From: Flaccisagitta enflata
Lineage: Eukaryota
Assembly (NCBI GenBank): GCA_965153355.1
Contig: OZ231126.1
Coordinates: 41,602,001-41,666,000 of the forward strand
Length of the DNA: 64,000 bases
Direction of reading: 5' to 3'
Below the pieces are notes generated by a model. That model was not told the origin of the DNA and did not search any database. It saw nothing but the letters and a program-made list of their open reading frames with translations. The position numbers were made by a program, and so were the translations under genes. This document shows positions 1 through 13,831 of the stretch, piece after piece. Each line of letters starts with the position of its first letter. Position 1 is the stretch's first letter.

Positions 1-19
1 AGAAACACGGCCTAGTCAC

Positions 20-117
20 CTTGAAGCAAATGTAGTCGGAACCGAAGTCTTTGTAGGGATGTTTGGGGAACGAAGATGAATCCACCAGAATCTTCGTTTG
101 CAAGGCCGACGGAACCA
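20..117 (-). CDS. Exon of RIM-BP-like gene, FN3 C-terminal half (V)VPSALQTKILVDSSSFPKHPYKDFGSDYICFK; gene continues beyond left edge
   Basis: Acceptor ttattttcctctccAG at 119-118, donor AAG|GTGACT at 19-18; 98 nt, phase 1 to phase 0, in frame with exon 664-756. Confidence 0.8.
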
Positions 118-147
118 CTGGAGAGGAAAATAAGGGATTGATGAAAT

Positions 148-149
<2 letters not shown>

Positions 150-246
<97 letters not shown>

Positions 247-377
247 AGAAAGAAAGTAAGAAAGAAAGAAAGAAAGAACGAAAGAAAGAAAGAAAGGAAG
301 AAAGATAGAAAGAAAAAAGAAAGAAAGGCAGAAAGAAAAAAAGAAAGAAAGGCAGAAAGAAAGAAAGAAAGGCAGAG

Positions 378-448
<71 letters not shown>

Positions 449-477
449 AAAAAAGAAAAGAAAAGAGTAAGAAAGAC

Positions 478-524
<47 letters not shown>

Positions 525-530
525 GTGAAA

Positions 531-606
<76 letters not shown>
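150..606. repeat. Intronic compound microsatellite (AG)n then (AAAG)n
   Basis: Directly visible. Confidence 0.97.
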
Positions 607-663
607 GTCATGCTCATATAGAAAATGACAAAGACAAAAGAGCCTTGAGATGTTTGTGGTCAC

Positions 664-756
664 CTTCAACTAATTCGTCGTTGACGAAGATGCGATAGCC
701 TTTAACTTGTACTCCGTTGGAATATCCAAATTCGTCCATCGGTGGCATCACCCATC
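664..756 (-). CDS. Exon of RIM-BP-like gene, FN3 core (G)WVMPPMDEFGYSNGVQVKGYRIFVNDELVE(V)
   Basis: AG at 758-757, donor GAAG|GTGACC; 93 nt, phase 1 to 1; W..P and SNG..V.GY..F pattern recalls RIM-BP FN3 repeats. Confidence 0.88.
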
Positions 757-767
757 CTAAGGTTTGA

Positions 768-1590
768 CAGAGTTCCTCCATTTAGAGACTCTATACCAAG
801 TTTCAACCAATTTGGTTGAAAAATATCAAAATTGGGCAAGTTTTTCACTTTCGGGCCGGTAGGCTGGTTTAGTGGTACGCTGCTTAGGCCGGTTAGCATA
901 TTCAAACGCATATAAATCACATACATGTGTTGAATCCCTCCATTTAGAGACTCCAAAACAAATTTCAACCAAATCAGTTGAAACATGTCAAAGATATGCA
1001 TTTTTTTCACTTTTATGCTGGTAGGCTGGTTGGGTGGTAGGCTGGTTTGACAGGATAAATAGTGTGCAAATGTTGAGTTCTTCCATTTAGAGACTCCATA
1101 CCAAGTTTCAACCCAATTGGTTGAAAAATGTTGAAGTTATGCAATTTTTTCACTTTTAGGCCGGTAAGCTGGTTGGGTGGTAGGTCGGTTTGGCTGGTTA
1201 GCATACTCAAATGCATATAAATCACATACATAATTACATATGTTGAGTCCTTCCATTTGGAGACTCCAAACCAAATTTCAACCAAATTGATTAAAAAATG
1301 GCAGAGTTGTGCACGTTTTTCACTTTTAGGTCGGTAGGCTGTTTGGGCCAGTTGGGTTGGTCGGATCACAAAAATTGGATAGGATGTAAAGCGCCTTACC
1401 CTAGTACAACTCTCCACCAAATTTGAACCAAATCGGTCAAAGCACAAAAAAGTTATCCATTTTTCAAAATGAACACGACAATGAAAACAACAACGACAAC
1501 GAAGACGACGACGACGACGACGACGACGACGACACCCACCCGCCTTGAATTATAGTCCGCGTCGGAATGATATTCCGTCGCGGACAAAAA
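768..1590 (-). mobile_element. HINE/DINE-like non-autonomous element with about 4 internal 140-170 bp tandem units, a (GAC)n tract and a terminal hairpin
   Basis: Unit ccatttagagactc..caaatttcaacc recurs near 770, 931, 1073, 1243; hairpin gtccgcgtcggaat-gat-attccgtcgcggac at about 1555-1585 followed by an A-run. Confidence 0.65.
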
Positions 1591-1690
1591 GTACGCTTGT
1601 GCATTTGATACTTATTTAATTCGCCGACATGTGTTACTTAAAATAAGTTATGTTTGGAAGAGCGTCCTTAGTGCGAGGTGAACTACAGTT

Positions 1691-1738
<48 letters not shown>

Positions 1739-1755
1739 GAAACGACGACGACGAA

Positions 1756-1800
<45 letters not shown>

Positions 1801-1842
1801 AACGACTACCGTACCGGAAAACAGTTTCGAATTTCAAATTAC

Positions 1843-1921
1843 CCAAAAGAATGGAGAAATCCGAGAGAACTCGTTGAACGAAGACCTTGGATGGCGAATG
1901 AGGCTGTCCGGCTGACGGGAG
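1843..1921 (-). CDS. Exon of RIM-BP-like gene, FN3 start LPSAGQPHSPSKVFVQRVLSDFSILL(G)
   Basis: Strong acceptor ctctccctctcctccAG, donor TTGG|GTAATT; 79 nt, phase 0 to 1; joins the next exon to give ILLGW. Confidence 0.85.
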
Positions 1922-1937
1922 CTGGAGGAGAGGGAGA

Positions 1938-2808
<871 letters not shown>

Positions 2809-2852
2809 CCATCATTCCATCAAGTGGCAGTCTTTTTCGTCCATCCCCAAAC

Positions 2853-3205
2853 CTCATTTTTTGCAGAACATTCTTCGGTTTTATATTTGCCATCTATTGA
2901 AGGCAAAGATGCGGCCATGTCCTTGTTGTCCTTGTTGTCCCTGTTGTCTTTGTTGTTATTTCTCTGGGCGCTTTGATGGGTGACGTCGGTGTCGTTTTTG
3001 TTGTTGTCGCTCGCAGCGAGTAGATTGTTGTCGTTGTTGTTCTCATTGCTGTTGGTTTTGTTGTTATCTCGGTGGATGACGTGGTCGTGACCGAATGCCG
3101 CTTCGGCGGAGGAGGAGGAGGCGGCGGAAGCGGCTTTGTTAAGAGGAATTAAGTAAGCCGCCGGTACCAAGCCTTTGTTGCCGCACACTTGCGCGTACAA
3201 ATACC
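2853..3205 (-). CDS. Exon of RIM-BP-like gene, SH3 C-terminal half (G)YLYAQVCGNKGLVPAAYLIPL plus Ser/Asn-rich linker
   Basis: Acceptor cttcatgtctacAG at 3207-3206; GLVP..YL SH3 signature; donor GAG|GTTTGG at 2852 gives phase 0 matching exon 1921 (this donor is less certain). Confidence 0.85.
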
Positions 3206-3647
3206 CTGTAGACATGAAGGGGAGGAAGGAGAAAAAGAGGGAGGGAGATAGCGGACGAAGGGTGTTGACTTTGCCAGTGATATATTTGCACCGCGAAAAA
3301 TGTTTTTTCCCACATCTCGTTCTGTTTGTTTGTTTGCTCAGCGAAAACGTGTTCAGTGTTCAGGCAGATGGGAGGAAAAAAAAATCCCCGCAACGAAACT
3401 TGAAAGCGCATCCTCTAAAACACCCACCATTCAAGTGATTCAACACTGATCACTTAACACTCAACACTCTTCAATCAACGTTTATCAATCGACACTCATC
3501 TAATTGGTGATATTGTCCATATGTCGTCGAATTTTCGAAGGAAAATTAAATTTTTCACCATACTTTTTGCATCATAATCTGGACAATGATGGTTGAATGC
3601 TTATAAAAGAAAATTGGTGTATACATTTTATCATATTCTGACCTTAA

Positions 3648-4174
3648 CAGTCAGTGGACAAAACACAATAGGTAGAGAGCTTAACCCGTTGGCTTTGATT
3701 TAACCTACTGTTATTAAACAGCCGGCTGTAAACAACAACTGGTTGTAATAATTACAGCCGGCTGTCATGCTACAAAGTTGGCAAAAATCCAACTTTCACG
3801 AAATAGAATGAGACCTGCAAATTCATAATTCTGGTGAAATTCTGACAAGTTTGATACGTCACAACATATACTTTTATATGAAAATAAATTTTTTTTATCA
3901 ATGTTTAATAAAGTTACAATGTAATGTTAAAATATCATTTCTTATAAAAAGCATTAAGTGTGACATGTCAAACTTCTCAGAATTTTATCAGGATTATGAA
4001 TATGCTAGTCACGTATTATTCTATTTAGGTTGGATTTTTGTCGACTTTGTAAGATGACAGCCGGCTGTAATTTTCACAACCAATTGTTGTTTACAGCCTG
4101 CTGTTTAATATCAGTAGGTTGGATCAAAGCCAACAGAGTGAGCTCTCTACCTATTTTGTTTTGTCCACTGACTG
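3648..4174. mobile_element. Foldback MITE with TTAA flanks
   Basis: TTAA|cagtcagtggacaaaac ... gttttgtccactgactg|TTAA; the arms are inverted over most of the element; second copy at 50700-51010. Confidence 0.88.
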
Positions 4175-4488
4175 TTAAAAACAATTTTAACTCTACAATT
4201 CACAGAAAATTTTTTTTTCTTGCGGTTGAAATTCTTAGACTCTATAATGCAAAACAATTTGCATTTTCAAAAACATAGTTCTCTCTGTGATTGTTTTTGG
4301 AAGAGGACTATGTTTTTTATTTTCTCATTCTTTTATTTCCTATGAAATCTTAGAATTTCAACAGGCCTCCAAACAGCGAATAAAATAATTTTTTCAGAGA
4401 TTTGCAATATATTTTCTTTGTTAATCTTTGTGTAATTTAGTTCTATTTCATGATTGAATGCAAATTTTGCAATAAAATAAATGACATT

Positions 4489-4668
4489 CAGTTGAGCTTC
4501 ACTAGAGTCTAGAGCGCATGCCCAGGGACTGGGTCAAATTATGCCTTGTAGTGAAGCTGCCTTATTGCCAACAAAGAAAAACTACAAAATATCTCAAGGG
4601 ACTGTAAGTTAGATGCCTTATAGGTGGGCATGCCTTATTAGCGGGTACGCTCTAGCGGTGCTCCACTG
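4489..4668. mobile_element. Degenerate Tc1/pogo-type MITE
   Basis: cagttgagcttcactagag ... ctctagcggtgctccactg|TA; related sequence starts at about 38901. Confidence 0.55.
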
Positions 4669-5387
4669 TATCTCAATTATTATTTTGGTGTAATCATTCA
4701 GTTTTATTTATTTTCAATTTTTGATTTTAGCTCTTGTTGAAACACAAGGACGCCGTCATATGTCAAATTACCAACATGACCTAAACCCCAACAATCTTAT
4801 AACAAACTCACCATCTCATAACAAACTCCCAGATACATCCTTTTCTCATATTTTTTCATATATAATTCCTAATGTTTATTTTCAATTCTCCATTTTACAT
4901 AGAATAGATTTGCCGTCATCATCACACAGTCACAACCCGGGGACGCAGGAAATTTCCTTTAGTGTAAAAAACTGTTCAGCATAAAAACGATGTCAATTGA
5001 CAATTGCAACGCTGGACAGATAAAAGATAGTTGGTGTAGGCACGAAATCGAAAAGCAAGGCAGTCTGTCTCTCCTGATTTTCTTGATAGTTGATTTCACC
5101 ATCTAGAACTACAATGTAACAACACAATAGAAGCAATTGAAAACATTTCCTCTGATCTCTTTTTGACCTTTTGGCAACAACGTAACAACCTTCCCATTAA
5201 CAAAGGTCAACAAGTCAACCAGACAATGGAAAAGACAGACAAAGAAAAAAATCTTTTACGGGTAGGCTGAGGTCGACGTTTCACCACTTAAAACTTTTTT
5301 TGCACTTGTTAGACCCCTGCTTATCTTTTTCCTAATCCGCTCTTCCCCCTACCCCTTGCCACTTGCCGTATGTCTGTCATGTATCAG

Positions 5388-6056
5388 TTTTTGGGCAGCG
5401 GCCCCATTGCCCCAAGGCGTCGATGACCTATGCTTGCACACAAATGGGGAATTTTCTCTTCTTTCTTCTTCTTCTCCCCCTTCTCCATCCACCCTCCCTC
5501 AAATCCCAGTCTCGAGGCCCAAATCCCAGTCTCGAGGACCAAATCCCAGCCTCAAGACCCAAATTCCAGCCAAGAGGCCCAAATCCAAGCCTGGAGGCCC
5601 CGATCCTGGCCTTTAGGCCCAAATCTCAGTCTCGAGGTCCAAATCCCAGCCAAGAGGCCCAAATATCAGCCTCGAGGTCCAAATCCCAGCCAAGAGGCCC
5701 AGATCCCATCCTCAAGTCTGAGAATTGGGCCTCAAGGCTGGGATCTGGGCCTCCAGGCTTGGATTTGGGCCTCTTTGCTGGAATTTGGGCCTTGAGGCTG
5801 GAATCTGGGCCTTGAGGCTGACATTTGGGCCTTGAGCTTGAGACTGAAATTTGGACCTCAAGGCTGGAATTTGAGGGGGCAGGGACGGAGGAGGAGGAAG
5901 AGGAGAAGAAGGAGGAGACAATTCCCCATATGTGTGAAAGCATAGGTCATCGACCCCTTCCGGGCCGCTGCCCTGCTTCCCCTTCAACTTCAAGCACAAC
6001 CTTTTTCGGCAGGACACGGATACCGCTGACCATCTAACACTTTTGCGACTATTGTT
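5388..6056 (+). mobile_element. Foldback HINE-like element (family F): long palindromic body plus unpaired tail
   Basis: gggcagcggccc..gatgacctatgc at the left mirrored by gcataggtcatc..gggccgctgccc; inverted 21-bp ggcccaaatccc arrays inside; tail taccgctgaccat..ttgtt. Confidence 0.8.
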
Positions 6057-6074
6057 CCTGTCCTAATGTCTCTG

Positions 6075-6119
<45 letters not shown>

Positions 6120-8158
6120 TTCTCTCTCCTTCCTCCTTTTGCAATGTCCTTGAATTCCTCGAGTGACGCTTTAAAAGCAGAAATGAAGTACGCGGTCGGT
6201 TTGTCCCAGCTCAGGCTTGACAAAGGCAACCTCGGTTTTCTCTTTCTCTTCATGATTTATCCTCCTTTCTTTCATGGTGGACATTCCCCATATGACATAA
6301 ACCTGAGAGATGAATGACCTCAACACAAGCAAAACCTCCTATGTCATCCCTTTGATTTAATAAAACTGGCGTTAACGCTGGATTGTTTGATTGTTGGAGT
6401 GTAAGATCTACGCAGAAATCAAAAAAAAATTGTGACTTTATAAAGCAATGAATTTAAAAGCATAAGTCAGGGTGCAAACGAAGGTCAAGTTTCGGTTTCA
6501 GACTCTTTCTATAACTATATCAATGACCCGATTATAATTTTGTAATGCAATTTATGGTTTTGTTGTTTAGAATTATCTTATTAGTAAAAAAAAATCTATT
6601 ATGATAAAGGCATTGCTTCGTGTAATTGATAAAGACAAGAAATGATGACTCAAAGTGATAGATTCTTTCAAAATGATAGAGCAAAAATTCAAAACCTGTG
6701 AGGGGAAAATTCTAAGACTTGAACAAATTGAACAATTTTGCATTTCTAAGAACATGGCTCTCATCTTATATGTTCTTAGAATGAGGCTATGTTTTTGAAA
6801 ATGCAAAATTTTACATTCAGAGAGAGTCTTAGAATTTTCCCTAAGACAAATTAAGTGGGGAGGGTCGGTCATTCAGAACTATCATGATTTCTAGGGTTTT
6901 ATGGAGTCTAAGGACTCAATGGGCTTGATATGAATCACATTACATGAAAAAACTCGAACTTGAGTTATCCCTCATCTGAAAACATCTGTTTTCTCACCTC
7001 TTGGAAAAGAAACAACATTTAAGCTGCTCTTGAGGAAAAGTTGATAAATTTTAGAGTTTAGTCACTGACGTAAATTTCTTGTACTGATGCAAATTCCCTG
7101 ATTAGCTGCTTAAACATTCTAAGCTATGCCATTGGTTGCCACGATTTTCCCTATGTAACATAAAATTTAACAACATATGATGCACCAACCAATGAGCGTT
7201 CATGACATGACCCAACAACCAATCACCGCTCAGCCTGAATGTGGCGCTAGTAGTCATGTTAGTCGGGCCACACTCTGGCTTGAGAACAACCAGCCTCATA
7301 GAAAGTGAGGACCTAATAAATTATAAAAAACCTCCTGAGAAGGATCGCGAATAATAGCATTGGAGTGAATTCGACAATTAATAAACAGTAGAGAATTGAA
7401 AAAACATGCCAGCTTCTTCCTGATCTTGCTACAAGCCACGCAATTCTCCCAATGCTCAGCTGTCATGTTATTGAGGAATGGAGGCAGAGATTGCTTTGGT
7501 GCTTTGAAAAAAAACATAAAGCTAATTACGGTCTCCCTAAATTAAGTTGCAAAATCATTTCTTTTTAGAATTCCTTCATATTTTCTCCCTTTTTTACTTT
7601 CTCAGCGCTCTTTTTTTTTTCTACCAAAGTTTTTCCATGCAAAACTAAAATAAATACCACTTAATAATTACATTTTTTGATGAAAAAATCTAAATTAATA
7701 AAATTTACAATATCGAAAAAAATGGTTTGACTTAGGAAATTTGATCTTCGTTTGCACCTCGACATAAACTGCAAACGACGTCATCCAAAAACCAAATTTG
7801 GTCATCAAATACGCCAAATGCACTTCAATGCATTGGCCCCTTCATTCATTGGCCAAACATGACCCATAACCGAGGGCTCATTCTAACCTATTTTAATTGG
7901 TTGTAGAAATGGGAATGTCACTTTCGGAGATGTTAAGGAAGTAATGGGAGTGTTATCAAGTGTTAGGGGATTGGATGGAAAATACAAAGGGAAGGGGAAT
8001 GTTGGATTGCGACACAATCAGAAGCTTGTCTGATGGCCATGAAAGTTGGCACATTTCATTATTATGATTTATGATATGATAAATAATGGCAGTTTGTAGA
8101 GTAAGATAGGTTTCTTTTAGTAAGATAACAATCTCCTCCCTATTGTCCGCGTTATTAC

Positions 8159-8270
8159 CGGTCGAATCGACGTTGGTCAGTGGCTTGACAACGTCTCCTT
8201 CGACGAGGGAAAGCTCCTCCGTCGACCGCCCAGAGTGAGAAAACAGAATCGGGTTGTATGAGCACACCGC
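8159..8270 (-). CDS. Exon of RIM-BP-like gene, SH3 N-terminal half AVCSYNPILFSHSGRSTEELSLVEGDVVKPLTNVDST(G)
   Basis: Acceptor ctcttcatttAG, donor ACCG|GTAATA; 112 nt, phase 0 to 1; Y.P...S.....EEL....GD with the long RT loop typical of RIM-BP SH3 domains. Confidence 0.9.
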
Positions 8271-8379
8271 CTAAATGAAGAGCAATGAAATAAGGTTTCC
8301 AAGTGTAGAAAACTAAGGTTACATGTTTCCTTACACAGTCAGCACAGGGCACACCGCCTAAATGAAAATCAAAGGAGTA

Positions 8380-8572
8380 CAGTAACATCCCGGATTTCAA
8401 AATACCAACAAATCTTATTTATTACAGGCGGAATTCTATTGAAGCCAGTATAAGAAATAAACAAAGGTTAACAAAAATAAAGGTAAATAGAATCAAGTGT
8501 GAGGACTATGAACTTAAATCATTAAAAGCGGAATTCCGTAAGTGGCGGGTCCGTTAGAGCGAGGATCAACTG
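8380..8572. mobile_element. Degenerate pogo/Tigger-like MITE
   Basis: TA|cagtaacatcc ... ggatcaactg; similar to 14943-15093. Confidence 0.45.
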
Positions 8573-8653
8573 TTTTTTCTAGTTTGTTTGCGATCGTCTG
8601 ATTGGCTGTATGTCTTTCTTAGTCTGACCGTCTGTCGGGATTTCTGTCCGTCT

Positions 8654-8978
<325 letters not shown>

Positions 8979-9519
8979 AATTCATGCACGGCCCAGACAC
9001 CAATGTAACGTTATCTAAGTGATTCAGTTGCCTACTCTGACACACCGCATATACGGCAATAACTATACCGATCCAGGCTTACAAAAAAATAAAAAATAAA
9101 TAAGCAGGAAAGAAAGTCCCATTAAAAATGCATCGATTTTCCGAACGAGCACAGGATTGGCCCGGGTAAACACAAAAAAATGGAATTTGAATAACAAAAA
9201 AAAGAAAAAAAAAAAAGAAGAAAGCCCTCGAACCAATATTGCAGCTGCCTGACAGAGAGAGAGTATATCCTGGATAAATTGCCGCCAGTACTGGGAGAAA
9301 AAACAGTCATCAGTGACATGAAGTTTTATGCAATGCATAGTATTTGCTATTGATTTTAAGGATTACCAGTAATGGCGGCTGTCGCCGTGAGGAAAAAAGT
9401 CGTAAGCATTGGTCACTTTTCGCTTTTCTACCAAGCTTGTCACTGCAATCTTTTTGTCGGTTAGATCAAATCAAGAGCAATTGTATGCATTGATTGCACT
9501 GAAAATCAGAGAAAAATAT

Positions 9520-9965
9520 AGGACTGAGCCAAATGAGCAAGATGAGCTAAAATGATCAAAATCCCTCAACCAGACAACCAGCTATGCTCACTGACATGCT
9601 TTTTTGTAATTGCATGCTCACATCAAAACAATTATTCATTTAACCCATTAAAAATCAGAAAAAAACCCAGCTAAATGAGCTAAGTGAGCTAGAATACTTA
9701 AAAATACCCTCACTGATAAGCAGCTATGCTCACTGACATGCTTTTTTGTATCTGCTTGCTTTAACATGTACCAAAATATTTATTCATTTATCACATTTGA
9801 AATCAGAAGAAAAAAACCTGAGCTAAATGAGCTGAAAAAGCTAGAGTGATAAAAAACACCCTCGCAGATAAACAGCTATGCTCAATTGCTCATAAACATG
9901 TTTTCTTGTATTTGGATGCTCAAACAAACATAAATAAACTCTTTTTTGATCCTACTTGAAATCAA
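9520..9965. repeat. About 3 diverged tandem copies of a ~140-150 bp unit
   Basis: cagctatgctcactgacatgctttttt at about 9579, 9721, 9874; aaatgagc motifs repeat. Confidence 0.75.
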
Positions 9966-11099
9966 AATAAATCGAAAAAAATCAATTTGAGTTTTTCATA
10001 AGTAAATCTTTAAAAAATCATAGCACAAAAAATATTTGTCGTAGAACATTCTGCTTAGCGCCAAATGAAAGAGAATTATCAAATTTATTTACCCTATCAA
10101 TTTCGTCCGAGGGTGCGATCAGCCCTATGAGTTCCGAAACTGAAGGATAAGAAAATGAACACCCTATTTCTCTCAAATATGTCAAAAAGTCGAAGACTGA
10201 CTTCAACTTTTTTCCCGACGATGGCTTGTGCAAATGTTCAAATGCTTTAGCGAATGTTACTAGAAAAAAAGAACTGAAAAGAAGAAGCATGATAGAAACA
10301 AGACTTTTCTGGCGACAGAAAATCTCAGATGTAGGGAGCAAGAGTAAAAAAAAAATGATCAAAAAAGAAACTGAGGGCAGACATGCCTCATGGAAGAAAA
10401 CAATGCGCGATGCGGAGAGAGGGAGAAGGCGGGGCGGGGCCTACAGAAAGGTAGGGGGGAAATGAGTTTGTGAGGGTGATAACATGTCATGGTTATAATT
10501 CCCCTCATTTTATACTGAATGGATATGCCATCTAGGTGATCAAGCTACCTCAGTGTATGCAAATTTTTTTGAAAACCTTGGTGTTCTAGAAAAGAGTCCA
10601 TGTACATGCTTTGCTTCAACGCTTAGCGCTGACTCAGTCAAGCTTAGTCACCACTACGAACCGGCTCAACCTCCCACCACATCCCTTTTAGCTTTTAGGT
10701 CTACGCCCACCGGCATATCTTTGTTGGTTCAACATCCCACCCCACCCCCTGCCCCATCCCCTTTTGGGTAATTCAGTTGGTCATCGCCTACCCGCGTATC
10801 TTTCATGGCTTAACATCCCATCCCACCCCATCTCCTGCCCCAGCCCCTTTAGGTCGACATAGTTGGTCACCGCCCGCTCGCCTATCTCTGATGGCATCCA
10901 CCAAAAGCAGAAGTGGGAGCATTCGTCCTTGTTAAAAGTCTCCAAGGATGAACTCGAAATGAACAAAAGCCAATCGATAATCGCATTAAAACGGACGCGG
11001 CTTCGTCTACCAAAAGAGTTTCTGGGTATCGATGACCTTTAAGAGAAAATTGTGATTTTGTATAGTTCAACAATTTTTTTCTTTGAACGCGCGCAAACG

Positions 11100-11370
<271 letters not shown>

Positions 11371-11730
11371 TCGTGCATACAAACAAGCACCCTTTTAAGC
11401 GCGTAGTAACTAGTGAGGACTAAGAAGGGAATAGTGAGGGATATTGTTCCATCTGTCATACAAGATTATATCACGCATAAAGGCACACCCACGGTCCCAC
11501 AATCACAATGTAACGCCTGAGGATCATCATGACTAATGGATCACGTCCAACTTTGCTTGGAAGTGGTTGCGTTACCAAACGAATATGTAAATTGCTCTAG
11601 AGTTGCCAGAAATCACATAGCTGGGGCAAAGAAAGTATGAGCTCTGTCGAGAATTGAGAATTCTGATTCAAAATTTTTTTGCATAGCCGGGGGCTTCAGA
11701 CAGAGTTAATGAAGCAAAGGGGGAAGGAGG

Positions 11731-11838
<108 letters not shown>

Positions 11839-11962
11839 GAATAGATTGAAAATGAATAAACAGATAGACAGATAGATAGATAGATAGATAGATAGAAAAG
11901 TGCTTGAATAGATACTAGATAGATTAATAGATAAACAGATAGATCGGTAGATAGGAGGAAAA

Positions 11963-12225
11963 AACAAGGCCAAGTAGGCCAATAAGGTGCGACGTGTGGA
12001 TCGTCGAACAAATGCGTTACCGACCGACCAACCGACCAACCAACCAACCGACGGACACAGCCAGTTATAGAGGTGCTTTGTCGCACCTAAAAAGGAAAAG
12101 AATCATATAACAAGGCCAAGTAGGCGAACGAATGCGTTACAGACAGACCGACCGACCAACCAACCAACCAACCAACCAACCGACGGACAGAGCCAGTTAT
12201 AGAGGTGCGTTGTCGCACCTAAAAA
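11963..12225 (-). mobile_element. Head-to-tail dimer of a short HINE-like element (family D)
   Basis: Two units aacaaggccaagtaggc..(accg/acca)n..ttatagaggtgc-ttgt-cgcacctaaaaa at 11963-12093 and 12109-12225. Confidence 0.85.
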
Positions 12226-13233
12226 GTTGAGAGAGAACAAGACAAAATAAAAGTTGGAGTAGAGGAAATGCAGAAAGGGATCTCAGTAACAAGATATAGG
12301 GCAAATATAATCAAAAAGTCACCGAAGAAATTGAGGCGAACGATGTTGTCTTGCCACCGATGGGCAGGGGGGAACCATTTTAGGCCAGATTTCGGACTAG
12401 AGTTAAGACTGAAACCACTATAGTCAGATTCGGACATGAGTGGAATAAATTAGAACATCCCTCATTTCAATTCTGACTAGAGTGGTTTTTATTTTTACTT
12501 ACTCATTGGAATTGTAAACGTCTGATTAATTTCATTTGTGAAAAAGAATAGTTTATCATTTTTTCTTCAAATTCTGAATTTATTTTCACTACTGAGCTTT
12601 ACTCCTTTTTGAAATCATTTTTTTATCTATTTCAAATAAATAGAATTTTGAAATTCTATTTGAGAATCAAACAATTTATCATGAAAAATAATCTAGGAAT
12701 GAAAAAAAATCTCCATTTGTCCTTCCCTGTTTGATATTTCTATGAATTTTAAGGGAAATAATGATTATTTAAAAAAAAAAGATACTATTGTTTTGAAATT
12801 TTTATCTTAAAATTTTCAGAAATTAATAATTATAGATTGCATTGAAAGATGATATAAAAAAGATTAAAGAATGATGCAAGTTAGAACTTAATGAGGCCCT
12901 AGAAAACATTTTTTTTTTTGAAGGTGAATTAAAATCCACTGTAGTTATAAGAAGCAGGTAGAGTTGAAAACTACAAGGCCGATTCTGCATTGAGTGGTTA
13001 GGGAGCTTACTGCCCTCATTTTAAAATGAGGATTCGGCCTTTAGTGCCCTCCTCATGGGGAGGAATTGCAAGCATAAGCACGTATCACAGAGCCTACTGA
13101 TAGATGCAAAAAAAAGGGCAATTTTTCTTCATTTCTTCTCATTTTCCGCTGACTTAAACAAGATTTTCCAATTGTTTGCTTCGTCTGTACTTGCTGGGAA
13201 AACACTGGTTCCCTTGTTTTCCTACTTTTTGCG

Positions 13234-13234
<1 letters not shown>

Positions 13235-13308
<74 letters not shown>

Positions 13309-13338
13309 ACAACAACATCAACATCAACATCAACAACG

Positions 13339-13386
<48 letters not shown>

Positions 13387-13393
13387 ACAACAA

Positions 13394-13467
<74 letters not shown>
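13235..13467. repeat. Intronic (CT)n then (AAC)n microsatellite
   Basis: Directly visible. Confidence 0.97.
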
Positions 13468-13509
13468 GCGCCAAACTAACATATCCCCCTCCATTAATAC
13501 CGTATTTAC

Positions 13510-13805
13510 CTGGTAGAGTTGCGACGAGTCCAGCTGCGCCCCTTCCATGGCGATAGTTTGTGTGTTGCGTCTTTGTTTGCTCTTTTGTCTCTTCTTTTTC
13601 CCGCCGCCGCCGCCGCTGGCGCTAGTGTTGTTCGTCGTCATCGGGATTTCCCAGGCGGTAGAAGTGGAACTGGAAGAAGAAGAATTGCCGCCACCGGAAG
13701 TCGGCACAAAGGCTTCTTCTCTTCTGGCGCCACATTTGACTATTTTATCTCCATCGGCGTCGTCGTTGTCGTCCGCGTAGACCGATGGTAAAGACGCACT
13801 TTTCA
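13510..13805 (-). CDS. Exon of RIM-BP-like gene, low-complexity region leading into SH3 (KSASLPSVYADD...GGGGGKKKRQKSKQRR...SSQLYQ)
   Basis: Acceptor ctctctacttttcAG, donor CAG|GTAAAT; 296 nt open, phase 1 to 0; the join gives LYQ|AVCSY, the first SH3 strand. Confidence 0.85.
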
Positions 13806-13831
13806 CTGAAAAGTAGAGAGTCAAGTGGAGA

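Noticed and set aside
5356-6037. Pro-rich repetitive ORFs on both strands, also 33531-33859 and 59204-59703
   Set aside because: Products of 21-bp arrays inside foldback elements
7296-7517. Transposase C-terminal relic (MTAEHWENCV)
   Set aside because: Only a short motif resemblance; no catalytic motif or paired TIRs identified
10940-11040. Extra minus-strand exon after acceptor ttttctcttaaAG
   Set aside because: No donor giving phase 0 to 0, and it would split the LYQ|AVCSY strand of the SH3
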